DNA of 63,994 nucleotides, the filler included, from Basidioascus undulatus (Eukaryota), in the NCBI GenBank assembly GCA_000826855.1. It is 8 parts of 8 records of this genome, joined end to end, with 100 filler letters (N's around TTAATTAATTAA, not from the genome) between each part and the next. Parts side by side here need not be neighbours in the genome. Positions count along the whole stretch, not along the records: positions 8,056 to 15,986 come from JTLS01001461.1; positions 16,087 to 24,016 come from JTLS01001462.1; 6 more parts are not named here. One strand, given 5' to 3'. The stretch's first letter is position 1. Each line of letters starts with the position of its first letter. Below are positions 11,659 through 24,116 of the stretch, in pieces. The translations under genes were made by a program, and so were the position numbers. Below the pieces are notes generated by a model. That model saw nothing but the letters and a program-made list of their open reading frames with translations, searched no databases and was not told the origin of the DNA.

Positions 11659-14451
11659 TCAGAATTTAGTTGTCAAGTGTTTTAACGCAGATAAAGAAGG
11701 GGTTTGAGTCACGGCGAAAGCATGCGCACCCGTCAGGAAGCTGCTCAACTGCTGCTCGCGGCGGTTGCGGTGGTCGAGCTTGATCTTGCGGGCGAGCGTC
11801 GCCTTGATGTCGCGCACGAGTGCGCTGACGAGCATGACGCGAGTCCACGTGAATGCCATCTTGCGAAACAGCGCGAGGCAGTCCTTGTCGCTGCGGTTGA
11901 GGGCGCCCTCCAGTAGCGAGAGCATCTGGGCATAGAAGAAGCAGTCTTGAGCAGAATCCCAGAACAGGCGACATGACAGGCTGGCTGCGAAGCGTTCCTC
12001 GTCCGCTTCGGCGACCGACAGTCGCGGCTGATAAAAAGGGTTCGCGAGGACGCAGGACTGGCAGATGGGCCTGAAGATGAGGCTTCAGCAATGGGGTTCT
12101 TCGAAAGAGGGGCGGGTGCGGTACTCGACGTACTCGTTGTCCTCGTTGCGCGTCTGCCAGCAAGCTTCGAAATGAAGACATGGCCGGTGCGACCATACAC
12201 TTGGCCTCTTTCGACTTGGCGTTGGCGCATGGCTCGTATGTGGATCGAAAATCTCGAGAGAGCGAGTCTGCGTTTAGACAGGCATATCAGTCATGTCTCT
12301 ATCTCATATTCCGCCTGAGCAAGGGAAACAACCACATTACGCGCTTGGCGATGGGATGGTTTTGTTAGCGGCCTCGCGCTTCTTCAGCTCCTCGAGAAAG
12401 GGTCAACTCCGTTTCGGAAGATCGTAGCGCTGCGCGGTACGAAGCCGTAGGGCGTGGAGCTGATTGGACATCACACAGTCAGTGTCAGTCGTGAGGCCAT
12501 CTCGGCGGTTCCGAAACCGCAGCGAAGACGCTCGCCGCGTCCAGCGTACTTGAGAGGACGCCATACAGGCCATACTCATTCTTGGTGACGAGGCCGTAGA
12601 TCTCGGCGAGCGGCAGATATGCGGGGCTGTTGCTGACATGCGTGTAGTCCGCGCTCGAGACCTTCAAGCTGCGCCACTCGACGAGCACGCCGAGGAGACT
12701 ATGGTGCAGAAGTAAGACGAAAGGTGAAGAAGGGAAGCCGGGCAAGATAACGGACTGAGCGAGCATGGCCATGTAGGCGTCCGGCACGCACAGCGCCTCG
12801 TTCGGAAAGAAGATGTCGGGCGCCATGTGCGTGTACATCCGGGTGCCGGCCGGGGAAGCGGAGTGGTACGGGCACTTGACGACCTGGCCGTTCCAAAAAA
12901 ATCCATGAGCATTGACAAAACGCTGGGGATGAAGATGCGAGTAGAATGGATCGAGCAGCCTTGTGATTGGAGCGCGGCGTTCGTCTTCAGCATTATCTCG
13001 TGCATCTGCAGAAAGCACCTTCATTCAGAGTCTGACCTTGAAGATAAGTAAAAGAAAGAACACCAACCTCCTCCGGGGTCGGTACGTCGTCGCGTCCGAT
13101 CAGGAGTACGTCGGCCGGGTGGAGCTCCTGGATCTGGGCGAGGAGCTGGATCTGGGCGAGGAGCGGCGAGTCGAGGATAGCCTAACGCCCAAGACACACA
13201 GTCAGCAGAACTTCGGTTGTGGGTCCGCCTTGCGTTAAACCTACTTGGGGAACGGGCATCTCGCGAAGCTCCGCGAGAAAGTCCGCCTGCACATGTATTG
13301 CTTTGCATTGTCAGATGCTGGTTCTGTACGACCGGCAAGAGGACAGAAGCGCACCTTCATGTTACCCTCATTCTCCTCGGTCTTTGCCTTCTTGCTTGCG
13401 CGGACGCGCGGTGCACATGGTCTCCTGCCTGACCGGTAGCCGATGACGCACTCGAATTTGAGGAGGATTGCAACGACGAGGCACTACGTGGGCGACGGCG
13501 AGGAGTGGTAGCGCTTGCAGACGCCGACGATGTAGGCCTTGATCTTGCGCCGGTCCGCCGAGGGCAAGTCGCGGTAGTAGCCGAGAGCGAGGTCGGGGAG
13601 GAGCTTCTTGAACGACCTGCCCGACCTGTACAATGGCAGTAGCGTGTGAGCAGAACGATTAGGACAATGAATGAGAAGCTGTAGCATTACAGATCGGGAA
13701 GGTCGTGGTACTCGTGGTAGGCCTGCAACGCAGTGAGTTTCAGAAAACCAAGAAAGGATCTCGGAAATTATTCAACGGATGAGGCAGAGTTTGGGAGATG
13801 TGAAAATTCTTGGCACACCTTGTTCCAGTCGATGTGCTCGTTCCAGTTCCATCCCCACCCGCCCTTGTTCGCGCTGCTGGTGAAGCGCCGCAAACTTACG
13901 GGTTGAGTCCGTCCGCGGTAATGACGACTGGCGGGAAGATCTACTCCGCGATCTTTGGCAAGGAGAGCTTATCGTCTTGAACGTACAGCGCGAGTGCGGC
14001 CTCGCAGAACTGCTTGACCTAGCAGCGATGAAAAGGCAACCTCAGCACTGTCATCTGAGGACATCTGAGCATGCAGAAGGAGATACGCACGATCTCCTGC
14101 TCGGGCCCATTTCCCTTCCCTATGTTGACGGACATGAACTCCGCTCCCTCGAGAACTTGTTGTACTGGAGACCAGACAGAAAGTAAGTTACAAACCGCGC
14201 CCACCCAATGTTTCCGACTTCATTGTAGAAATACTCGGAGCTCGCGATGAACTGGCGCCAAGCCTTGTTCACAGCGCTCATGCTTCCGCCAGGAGTGATC
14301 TTGTACGTCGGACCCGGCAGAGCGTCCGGCCACTCGCCGAGCATCTTCTCCATGGCGGAGCGATACTCGTCCGAGTCGTTCTCAAGGACGTCGCGAAAGT
14401 GCTTGTAGTACATCGCGCGGACGACCGGGGAGTAGCCGTTGCTGGGCGCCA
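11659..14451 (-). pseudogene. Large multi-exon gene (or two genes) of unknown family, disrupted
   Basis: Coding-biased blocks (MAPSNGYSPVVRAMYYKHFRD..., GGWGWNWNEHIDWNK, FKKLLPDLALGYYRDLPSADRRKIKAYIVGVCKRYH, GFFWNGQVVKCPYH, LFRKMAFTWTRVMLVSALVRDIK) separated by GT-AG introns, with in-frame stops and an 18-bp duplication at 13128-13163. Confidence 0.45.
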
Positions 14452-15791
14452 TGGTGATTAGGGTCCTGGTGCTCTCAGGCATCATAGTTCCCTTTCTATA
14501 TGCAGACATATCTTTCAAAATTCAGGCCCAGCGTCCAAGATGTCGATCACAGCCATCGACAGTGCGTTTGTTGCTACGCTACGCGGCACCCAGCGTCCAC
14601 CTACGGACTGTGCTCCAACATTCGCTCTCTTCCTTGGAAGCTTTAGGATAGCTGATTGACTTAAGAACAAAAAGTGTACTTCGCATAGACCCTTCTGCGC
14701 GGTGATGTGCGCAACGACAGTTTGTTGCGTGACTGCAAAGCTACGCTTGAGAAGCTCGAAATTGAATCGTTTGAGCATGTTTTTGTACCAAAACTATAGA
14801 TATCACACAAACGTGGAAAGATGCAACGCTGGATGAGTCAATTTAAGCAAGCGCAGCGAGCGGATCTGCCCCGAAGCAGCGGCTGGCCCGCTGCGTCGTT
14901 TGCCGTCCCCTTGCCCACTCAATGCCTCGCATACCCGATTTGCCGTGACTTTCCAATGCTCAACTGCCATCTGTGACATTCTCAGGGGCCCGGCTAAAGC
15001 TAAGGAACCTTGGACATGGACGAGGAGAAAGGGTGACGGCGAACTTGAGGAATCCTCCTGTCCACCCGACCCCCCAAGTGCGCTCATTCGATTTGCTTCA
15101 ACCCTTATCTGAAGACTTCCATCAGTTTATACTTCGAGGAAATGATGTTTTATCGGCAGGAAAGAACTAAATTCAGGGTTCCGAATACGCAGGTAGCAGC
15201 GCACAGGATCTCAGAACTTGCCACTGGGGCTGCTCGAACCCGGACACAAAAGGTCTATGAGTTCATATCCAGTAAGTGGCTCAAGGACGATCATCCCCCT
15301 GGTCAGTGACTCCTGTGGGGATCGCGTGTACCTTTCCTCAAACAAGCCGCGGGTGGTGAGATGCATCGGAGGAGGAGCTGAAACAGTCTATGCTCTGCAT
15401 CCAAGGTCGGGAACTCAGCCAGTGTTTAAGTACCCTGGCAGTACACCGTGATTTTCTCAGGGAGTGGTGAAGCTCAACAAGTTGGGACTGAGGGAAGGAT
15501 GCATGTTCTGTGAGCAGGAGGGCAGCTGCACATGGCAGCCCCGTTCATTCGAGGACGGTCGATGCAGCTTCATGGTCCTTACCTAAATGTATTTGCAAAA
15601 ATGAATGAATGCCACCGGCTTCATCCCAAACTTCCTGGAGACTTGGGACTGTTCAGGTCGCCGAGATTGACGACGTCGAAAGTCCTGAAAGCAGCGCCGG
15701 TGCACGGCCCGATCCCCGCCCTCTCTCTGAGCTCCCTCAGCTCCTCTCCTCCCACCGCCCACTCACTCATCCCATCTCCTCGCTCAGCGAC

Positions 15792-15986
15792 ATGTCCACC
15801 GCGCCCGCCCCAACGCACCCGCGCCGTCCCTCCCTCTCCCTCCGCACATCCACCTCCCGCGACCCTCTCTGCCCACGGCCCCGCCTGCCCACACGGCAGC
15901 ACACCTACTCCTCCCCCTCCGAGCTCCACCAACACACGACCTCCTACCTCGTTCTGCTCTCGCTCCTCCCCGCCGCACTGCTTCCG
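15792..15986 (+). CDS. 5' end of an unknown gene (MSTAPAPTHPRRPSLSLRTS...), truncated at contig end
   Basis: ATG after a CT-rich leader, and the frame is open to the spacer. Confidence 0.4.
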
Positions 15987-16086
15987 NNNNNNNNNNNNNN
16001 NNNNNNNNNNNNNNNNNNNNNNNNNNNNNNTTAATTAATTAANNNNNNNNNNNNNNNNNNNNNNNNNNNNNNNNNNNNNNNNNNNN

Positions 16087-16833
16087 CCAGTTCTCACTCC
16101 ACTTCTCCCAACTTCTCCCTCTGGCAGCTTCTCCCCCACCCCACACGATGCCGCCTCCTCCGCCCTCTCCGCGCGCTTTGCGCGGGTGGAACACGATACC
16201 TTCTCCCGCGGGGGAAGGGGGGAGGTGGGGGAGTTGCTTAGGGCTTTGGAGGGCATAAGGGGGCTGCAGGAGGAGATTGCGCGGGAGCATGAGCGGATGG
16301 AGGGGTTGGGCGCAGATGGGGAAGAGAGGAGTTTGGGGTTGGGGTTGGGGTTGAGTTGGGGGAGAGGGGAGGAGGAGGATGGGGAGGAGGAGGAGAGCCC
16401 GGAGAGTCTGGCGAAGGGGTTTGTGGAACGGCAGGTCAAGATGGAGGTGGTTATGAGCAAGGTGCGTGCCTTCCATCCTCCCTACCCCTGCTCCGAATCC
16501 CCTAGCCCGAAGGAGAAGCTCATCACGAACCACCCGAAGCTGGAAACTCTCGCCCACAAAGTGCAACAATTCCATGCGCTCCCGTCCCCCTCGCACCCGC
16601 TCATCCTCTCCACCGCCGGTGGGGCCGGGCGCTCCGCCTCGTCCGCCTCTGGATCCGGTGCACGCGTCACGCCCAAGTCGGCGTCGGCGTCGGCGGACGA
16701 CAGCGCGCTCACGGAGCGGCGGGAGAGCAGGTCCCCTACGAGGAAGATGGCCGTGCTGGATCAGGAGGAGGGGGACGTCTTTGCGGAGAGCCCGGCGGAC
16801 TTTAGGACTGTGGGAGAGGGGATAGCGGGTTGA
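16087..16833 (+). CDS. 3' part of a coiled-coil protein (possibly CCDC28/DUF4061-like)
   Basis: ELLRALEGIRGLQEEIAREH...KMEVVMSK|intron from GTGCGT at 16462|LETLAHKVQQFH...GEGIAG*. Confidence 0.55.
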   Translation, partial: PVLTPLLPTSPSGSFSPTPHDAASSALSARFARVEHDTFSRGGRGEVGELLRALEGIRGLQEEIAREHERMEGLGADGEERSLGLGLGLSWGRGEEEDGEEEESPESLAKGFVERQVKMEVVMSKVRAFHPPYPCSESPSPKEKLITNHPKLETLAHKVQQFHALPSPSHPLILSTAGGAGRSASSASGSGARVTPKSASASADDSALTERRESRSPTRKMAVLDQEEGDVFAESPADFRTVGEGIAG

Positions 16834-17931
16834 CGGGGTGGACGGGGAGCGGGTTGATGGACGAGTAGGGGCTGGTGGTTGGTGGTTGGTAGTGCTCGGG
16901 TCTGGGTAGCGGATCTCGGTTCTGTTCGTCTCCTTTTGTTCTCTTGATTGCTCGCATTGTGCCTTAGTGGAGCCCTCGGATAACTCCTCCATCTCTCCCC
17001 CGGATTCAACCTCTGGCGTCTTCGTTCTCGCATCTTGTACTTCGCATCATGTACCACCACCACCTGCATTCATTGAGCATTGGTCAGTCACTAATGTTAT
17101 ACACATCCTCTCCTACCCATACCTCAACGTCGTATGCTGTTTGTGCCTGTTGTGCCTCATCTCAAAGGGAGACAACGCTCGCAGCCGAGAAGTGAAGCTG
17201 GTTTTGCTTCCATGCACGGCCCCGAGGGAAGTCTCGCTCGACCTACAGCAGGCCAGTAACAATCTGTAGGCGTTCCATAATCCCAGGCGAGCAATACAAA
17301 TCTGCTTGTATAGACAGCGACAAGCCGACGAAGCCAGCGAGGGATGCGAGGATCGTCGAGGGTCGTAGTTTGTCGATTCCGCTCGAATTCGTAAAAATCC
17401 GCTGCGTTTCATCGACGTCCGACGCCCGACGCCCGACGTTTGATGCGCCCTGCGTCCCTGAAAGTGTCTCACGCTCTGCGCCGCTGCGCAGTTTGCCCGC
17501 TGGCAAAGCATCTGCATGCACCGCCGGTAACATTCAATGACAATGAGAACACTGCTTCACTTCAGCAAACCCTACTTCGTCTTGGTGGGCATGTCTTCTC
17601 TCCTCGTGGTCTTTCTCCGGCATTTTTGGGACGACCCGGAGGAGACCCAGGCTGGAGACGCCAGGCGAACCTGATCTAGCAAGCGTCCTCTGACCAACAT
17701 CCTTGTCGTCTACTCTCGCCCTCACCCCTTCACGTGAGTGTCGCGCCAAACCCCGCTTTTCGAGCGATGGTGGCCTGCGAAGCGCGAAGCTGAAGCCCAA
17801 CGTTCAACTTCACTGAGCCCTCGTGTGCTTGCGGCGTTCTTCCGTTCTCCCCTCCTCCTCCAGCTCTCTCCCAGCACAGCAACGCTGGACACCGCCTTGT
17901 CGACCCCGCCGCTGTGAGCGGGCGGCCTGAG

Positions 17932-18993
17932 ATGGATATGCAGACCTTGAACTTCTTCCAGCCGTACGAGGCCGCGGGGGGGAAAGCTGCGATTGGGGTA
18001 CGTCTTCTCTCCTTCCTCCTCCCTCTCCCTCTTCCCCCCAAGGAAAGCTGACTGGAGTGAGAGGTGGGGTGGAACAAGGTCGTCGCCTCAGTCGGCACGC
18101 TTTCCGCGCTCTCCTCGCTCGGCCTGATCATCTACCTCCTCTGGCACGCGTACCTCTCGTCCGACGCGCGCTCGGGCAACTTCGTCGCATGGCGGAACTT
18201 CGTCCAGTCCGACCCGGGGTGCTATTTGCTCAGCATGATCTTCTGTGCGTGTGAATTTGAGAGAGGGGAGGGCGGGCGGACAGCTGATGATGGGTGTGGG
18301 GTGTGGATGTTACAGCCAACTTCCTGCACGGACTCAGCTTCATGATCTCCTTCGCGTGGATCGCGCGTGAGGGGCTCGAAGTTGGGCCGACTTGCACTTG
18401 GCAAGGTCCGTAGGCGTCGTCTCCTTCCCTCCCCCATCCCCCCCCTCCGTCCCTCCCTTTCCCACAATCCCTGTTCCTCCTTCCCTTCCCTCATAACCTC
18501 TTCCCTCCTGGTGCTTATCCGAGGTTTCCTGTTTGGAAATCCAATTCCTCCCAGCGGCCATAACAACAGTCGGCGACCTCGGCTCAGCATTCTGGACGCT
18601 CGCGATCGGGCTGCACACCTTCTCGCTCCTCTTCCTCCTCCAGCGCCCACCGCGCTGGCTCATGCCCGCCTCCATGCTCGTCCTCTGGTCCGTTTCGATC
18701 CTGCTGCCCATACTGGGCGGGACGGTCCTGGAGGATCGGAAGAAGGCGGTGCCGTTTTACACGGGTACGTGAAGAGAAGGGGAGGGGGAGGAGGATGGCG
18801 CTGATGTGGGGTTTGTGGGTTGGGGATGGATAGGGAGGGGAGGTCTGTGGTGCTGGATCGATTGGGAGTATGATCAGGCGAGGCTGTGGTTCTTCTATGT
18901 CAGTCGGCACCTTCCCGCTCAACCATCATCCTTTTCGTCCTCTTCTCATGCTCACACCGTACCCCGCAGATCTGGGCATTTATCACCCTCTTC
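17932..18993 (+). CDS. Git3/Gpr1-type fungal GPCR, only TM1-TM4 and the start of TM5
   Basis: Exons 17932-17997, 18079-18244, 18316-18405, 18555-18764, 18834-18898, 18970-18993. Motifs: YLLSMIFSNFLHGLSF, GPTCTWQAAITTVGDLGSAFWTLAIGLHTF, PFYTGRGGLWCWIDWEYDQARLWFFYIWAFITLF. Confidence 0.85.
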
Positions 18994-19081
18994 GTTCGTC
19001 CTCGCTTCTTCCCAGCCAGCCACCTACAAACGCCCGAGCTCCCACTAACCCCCCGCCCCCTCTATCCCTCCCCCGACGCAG

Positions 19082-19288
19082 AAAGACCTAGACAGCCTGT
19101 CCTTCCAGCACCGCAAGCTCTCCGAGCTCCTCCTACAAGGCCTGCTCAAGCTCGACTCGGTCGCCCTCCCGGCGGGGTTCGACGAGGCGCGGAAGGAGCG
19201 CAAGGAGAGCGTACGGAAGACGCAAGGGCTGTTGGATCGTGTGGATCGCGCGGGCAAGGGGCTGGAGAGGGTGGCGCAGGGCGCCTAG
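19082..19288 (+). CDS. BAG-domain (Hsp70 co-chaperone) terminal exon, in frame with the GPCR exons
   Basis: KDLDSLSFQHRKLSELLLQGLLKLDSVALPAGFDEARKERKESVRKTQGLLDRVD...* matches BAG helices 2-3 (LLKLD...RKERK..V...Q.LLD.D). Confidence 0.8.
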   Translation, partial: KDLDSLSFQHRKLSELLLQGLLKLDSVALPAGFDEARKERKESVRKTQGLLDRVDRAGKGLERVAQGA

Positions 19289-20313
19289 CTGAGCGGTGGG
19301 AGAGGATGAAGGATGGATGATATAGAGTAGGCGTGGCGTGCTGAGAGAGTTACTTGCACGGTGCGTGCGCGTGTGAGGGAGGCAGGGGGCATCCTCGCGC
19401 CCCTTTCCGTATCCCCTTCAGACTATGTAGGCGCTCCAGGTTCAGGCTCACGGTCAGCCGTCCACCGCTGGCCCCTCACTCGTGCCACCTCGCGGGCGTG
19501 CGGTGGGCCAGCTGGCGCGTCCGATCCGAGCCACAAGCAGTTTTCACCGAGCAGATGTGAGCTCATGACAGTCTACATTAAGCCAGCGGGCTAGGCGCCC
19601 GCCGTGGCAAGGTGGAAGTGATAAAGACGAAGAGGCGGCCACTCGCTTTACCTGTCAAGAAACGAGCATACTATCTAGACGAGCAGGTGGTGGTAGCCTG
19701 CACAGCACACAGGCCGGTTCGGTGGCGTTGACGTAAAAGACGGAAAATGTGCAGACCAAACACACGTTGCTGCCACCGTGGAGTCTTGATTTCGCCGCAG
19801 CATGCCCATTCACGCCTCGCGAGTTCATCACCATGCTTCTGGGGCGTCCCGTCAGCGGACAGCCTCATCATGTATTTCTCCGAGCAGTACGTCGGGCGGA
19901 GGAAGAGAAAGCAGACCTAGGTTGTGCGCCCAAAGGACAGAGAACCACCAACCCACCTGGCGCCCAGGAAAACAACACCGCCAAACTCGACTGCTGCACT
20001 ATAGACTGGAGGGAATACAACGCACAGCGCAAAGTTAGAGACAACTCTCCATGAGCGCAGACAACTTCACTGGACAGGGAAGAAAAACGGCCGCAAATGA
20101 CCTGCCTTTATTCTTCAGCATTCGCGGACACATTATTCTTGCCCGAACAACGCTATAGCCGCCTTACGGAAGGCCACACGACCCGTCCCCTTCGGGTTTC
20201 CAAAGGGGAAGGCGGAAAAAGAAACAACGACCAGCTATATATGTAGCTCCTGCATGGTTGGCTCTCCTCCTTACTCCGGCGCTAACGTCGCCACTCACGT
20301 TTCCATTCCCGAC

Positions 20314-20559
20314 ATGACCCACTTCTCGATGTCCAACAACACTTCCTCCCCGGGTGCAACGACCCACACCGTAGCCGAGCTGCCCGTGCGCTGTGAGAAG
20401 CTCGAGCGTGATAAGCAGTTGCTGCAGAAGGAGGTGGACTCGCTGCGGGAGAGCCTCGAAGCTGTGACGAAGGAGAACCGAGAGTGGAAGGAGAAACGAG
20501 AAAAGCTGCGGGCCTTTTTGAAGGCAGAGGGAGAGGAGGCGATGGAAGGCCCTCGGTGA
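20314..20559 (+). CDS. Small hypothetical coiled-coil protein (first exon)
   Basis: CEKLERDKQLLQKEVDSLRESLEAVTKENREWKEKREKLRAFL heptad pattern, followed by a GTGAGT donor. Confidence 0.4.
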   Translation: MTHFSMSNNTSSPGATTHTVAELPVRCEKLERDKQLLQKEVDSLRESLEAVTKENREWKEKREKLRAFLKAEGEEAMEGPR

Positions 20560-21499
20560 GTCCCATTGGCATTTTGAAGTGGTACACGGAGGTGCTTGAC
20601 CTCTCCATCGGTTTGCAAAGCCCATCGGATCTTTCAAGCATCGAACCTGCTTCATTCTCTGGGCCAAAGCGACCTGTGTGTTCCCCCTCCCCACTCCTGT
20701 CCGGGCTTTCGAAGTACCGGTTTACTCATCGCTTTTTTCTTGACCTCAAGCAGGGTAACCATGAGGACTGCCGTCTCGAAAGAAGTCCACTCGCGAAGGA
20801 GGACGGGAAGGGCGGGCAGAGGAGCGGTGTTGAGGTGCAGAGCTGCATGGCTGCTAACAGTGTACAGCAGACGGACACGAGTGCACGATGCACCTATCAC
20901 CGGTTTAGTTTATTCTGGGTTGTGCATGGATTGAATGCGAGGGAAGGCTTGGATATCAATACCAAATGAGCAGCGCAGCGGGATGTTGGCTCTAGTACGC
21001 TACAACATGATCAATCACATGTGATCGATTGGGGTCCCTTTTACGACATCGACTGATGTTAACCATACCGGGACTGTCATTTCAAAAATTCAGATTTTTA
21101 GCTCCATAAAGGAGAGAGTGTTTTACGAACTGTATACCACAGTATTTCACGGCAGATCGCTATCGCTTCCCTGCACGAAGGCCGACGCCGCCACACTTTT
21201 CCAATGACCTGTAGAAACTTCTTAGCGCTCCTTTCATTAATTTTTTTTGTGTGTCTTCATCGCTCATACTTGAAAAGGACCCGGTCAACGGCAAGACAGG
21301 GATGACTCAGCACCTCCGAGGTTCCGTGAAGAGCGCGGCTTTCCTCCTGCCACCGCCATCATCATTCTCAGATAACTGGGAATAGTCTTCAGCCCTTTCG
21401 TGCCTATTTCGACGCTATTCGGGCTCATTCTGAAACCTACATTCTCCGGCACTTCTGATTGGGACTGTGCGCTCGTTCGCGCTCGAGCGCCCGTTCTCC

Positions 21500-22440
21500 G
21501 CTCCCTCGTCACATTCCCAAACCTCGCCGGCATGCCGGCCGAGGTCCTCGAAAAGATCCTCGCCGACGTCGATCCTGCCGATTTCGCAGCCCTCCCTCAC
21601 CAACCGGCGCCTGCACGTCTTCTGTGCTCTGCGCTACAGGTTCTGGACCGACAAGGTCTGGGCAGGCATCGACTGGTTTCCGCGGCGCGCCATGAAGGGC
21701 ACGAGGTCGAGGCTGACACATGCCTCCTTCCTGACCTGCACCGAGGACCAGCTGTCCCGAGATGCGACGCTCCATCTACGTCCCCGATATCACACATATG
21801 ACCGTCAAGCGGATCTCCGGAATTGGCAGCAGCGCGTCGGCTGCCGCACAGTGCCATAGCCTTGCTCGCGTCCTCAAGATCACCACTAGACTGACTCGCC
21901 TCGATCTCGACTTCGAACTCCTCCCCTCGAACCCCAAATGCGAGCCCGTCAGGAGCGCGCTACAGAGTCTTCTCAGTGCTGTTTGAAACCCGGGAACTTG
22001 TTCTCCCTGTGCCTAAACATACCCTTCCTTTCCGGTCGTACCTTTAGCGGCTGCGGGTTCGCTTTGCGGACCGACAGCACCGCACGTACACGTCGCCGAA
22101 AGGGCTTCACTCTTCCCCTCGACGGCCTCCTTGCCACATTACTAGGCAGCCTTCCCTTGCACCTCATCACCATCCTCGACCTGCACACTCGCCGACCCCC
22201 CAGGGATCATCCCCTTTCAACGTCGCTTGAGCACATGTCGAATCTTCGATCTGTTTTGACCTACAAGATCGAAGGCGGTCCTGTTCTACATGGTCTTTCG
22301 GACACTGCCCTCCCCTTGCTCGAACGATTTAACGGCCATACTGTCGACGTGGCTCTGCTCATCAAGCCAACCGCAAGCTCGGCCTCTGCTGTCCTTCATC
22401 GCTCTGCAACAATGCGAAGCTGGCGTGCGGTACGTTGAAG
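21500..22440 (+). pseudogene. Decayed F-box protein gene
   Basis: FPNLAGMPAEVLEKILADVDPADFAAL, then after a frameshift TNRRLHVFC (F-box motif). Later LRR-like LTRLDLDF and MSNLRSV pieces contain stops. Confidence 0.55.
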
Positions 22441-22889
22441 GTTCTCGCTGCCGACGGTCGATCCGTCATCGTCAAGGCTCGCATTTCCATGCCCCGTCAT
22501 TCGAGTGGTTCCACTTTGAGATACCTGTTATGAAGCATTGCTTTCGTAGGACAATCCACATAGACTCTCAGCCAGAGTACTGTCAGTCCATGGTTCTAGC
22601 AGCGCTATAGCGTCAGTCGCCGTAATTGATCAAGCCAGCCAGCGCGGGAGCACGACTTGTCAAATTGGATAGCTGAAGGCAGGCGCGCAACTTGCCGCTC
22701 CATATTCCTTGTTAGCACTCCGTAGAAGAATTACTGACTGTAACACTTGAAAGCCTGTGCCCTGTACTCCCTGACGCAGCTCGGCCTCAGGTCGTTCTCA
22801 CTCTCACCACACCAGCCCAGATACGAAGTACTCTCCGTCCAGAGTAAGCATGCAATCCTATGCGCTCCCCTGCCCGATGCGCGGCATCT

Positions 22890-22943
22890 CAGCTATCCCA
22901 GCTATCACAGCTATCCCAGCTATCCCAGCTATCCCAGCTATCC
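22890..22943 (+). repeat. 9-bp tandem repeat (CAGCTATCC)x6
   Basis: Six adjacent units, one a variant (CAGCTATCA), just downstream of the thioesterase stop. Confidence 0.9.
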
Positions 22944-23041
22944 GGATCTCCTTCCTACCCACATCCACTTCCCACCCTCCACATGTCCCTCTCATCCCGT
23001 CCTCCGTCCCCTCTCTCTAGATCACCCTTCCTCTCCTCCCT

Positions 23042-24016
23042 CTACATCCGCTCCCCCTCCCTCAAGTCCTCCTCCACCTTCTCCACCTTCCGCCCCACGC
23101 CCGTCTTCCGTCCCCCGAGCGCCTCGCGCACCCCGCTCGACGCGAGGAGCTTGGCGTACTTGGGCTCGACGAAGAGCGCCTCCGCGTCGGCAAGGAGCGC
23201 GCCCGAGAGGGTCGAGATGCTCGCTTTTGCGGTAGCTTTCCGCCCGGAAAGGGAGACGAGGTGGGTGCGGATTACGAGGAACTGTGTGGAGAAGTCAGCA
23301 TGAGGTCGGGGGTAGTCTGGGAAAAAGGCGGAGGCGGATAGTGAGAGAGGAAAGGAAAAGGGGGGGTGATAAAGGAGGTGAGGAGGATGGGGAGCGACGC
23401 ACTTGATCGGCTTTCGTGGGTGCGCGATAGTTGATGGAGAGCTTGGCGGTCACGCCGATTTGGGAGGGGAGGTTGAGGATGGCCTGGTTCCCGGGAGTGG
23501 GCAGTCAAGCAGGGAAGAAATAAACGAAGGCGGCAAAGTGAAGGTAATGGAATGGAGACGTACAGTGCGCGCAAGAGACTCGTCAAACAGCGTGGCGAGC
23601 AGCCCACCGTGCACGATCCCATCGTGACCCTGCGTGGAAATATGAGCTTCCCAACCCTCGCCCGGAAACGTAAAAGAGGAGAGTACACACGCAAAGACCC
23701 CTTCCCGCGTGCAAAACAATCACCGCCTCACTCTCATCCTCCTTCGCAAAGACCACCGGCGGCACCGCGAGTCTTCCCGCGCCCCTCAGCGCGCCAGCGG
23801 TCAAGTTGTTCACCGTCCTCTCCTCGCTCAACCCAGAGTAAGGCCGGCTCTCGTACCATCCGCCTTCCCGCTCCTTCTTCCGGTACTCTTTCACAATAGG
23901 CAAGCTCATCAGCTCCTCCTCGATGCGCTGCGTTGCCGCGTGCGCTTCGGGAGAGCCGGGTGGGGGAGGAGAACGCGAAGCGTACAAGCGCGTCCTGAAC
24001 TTCGTGCAGCAGATGG
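23042..24016 (-). CDS. Hot-dog-fold thioesterase, FMP10/THEM4-like (5' end truncated)
   Basis: GWYESRPY...NNLTAGALRGAGRLAVPPVVF...LHAGRGLC|GHDGIVHGGLLATLFDESLART|...VTAKLSINYRAPTKADQ|FLVIRT...ALFVEPKYAKLL...GERM*. Confidence 0.88.
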
Positions 24017-24116
24017 NNNNNNNNNNNNNNNNNNNNNNNNNNNNNNNNNNNNNNNNNNNNTTAATTAATTAANNNNNNNNNNNNNNNNNNNNNNNNNNNN
24101 NNNNNNNNNNNNNNNN

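Noticed and set aside
17537..17674. Short hydrophobic ORF (MTMRTLLHFSKPYFVLVGMSSLLVVFL...) upstream of the GPCR
   Set aside because: It is ~45 codons with no homology or expression evidence and is indistinguishable from chance.
22890..22943. YPS/SQL repeat ORFs or a telomere-like repeat
   Set aside because: It is a short internal minisatellite in a 3' flank, and the ORFs through it are antisense to the thioesterase gene.
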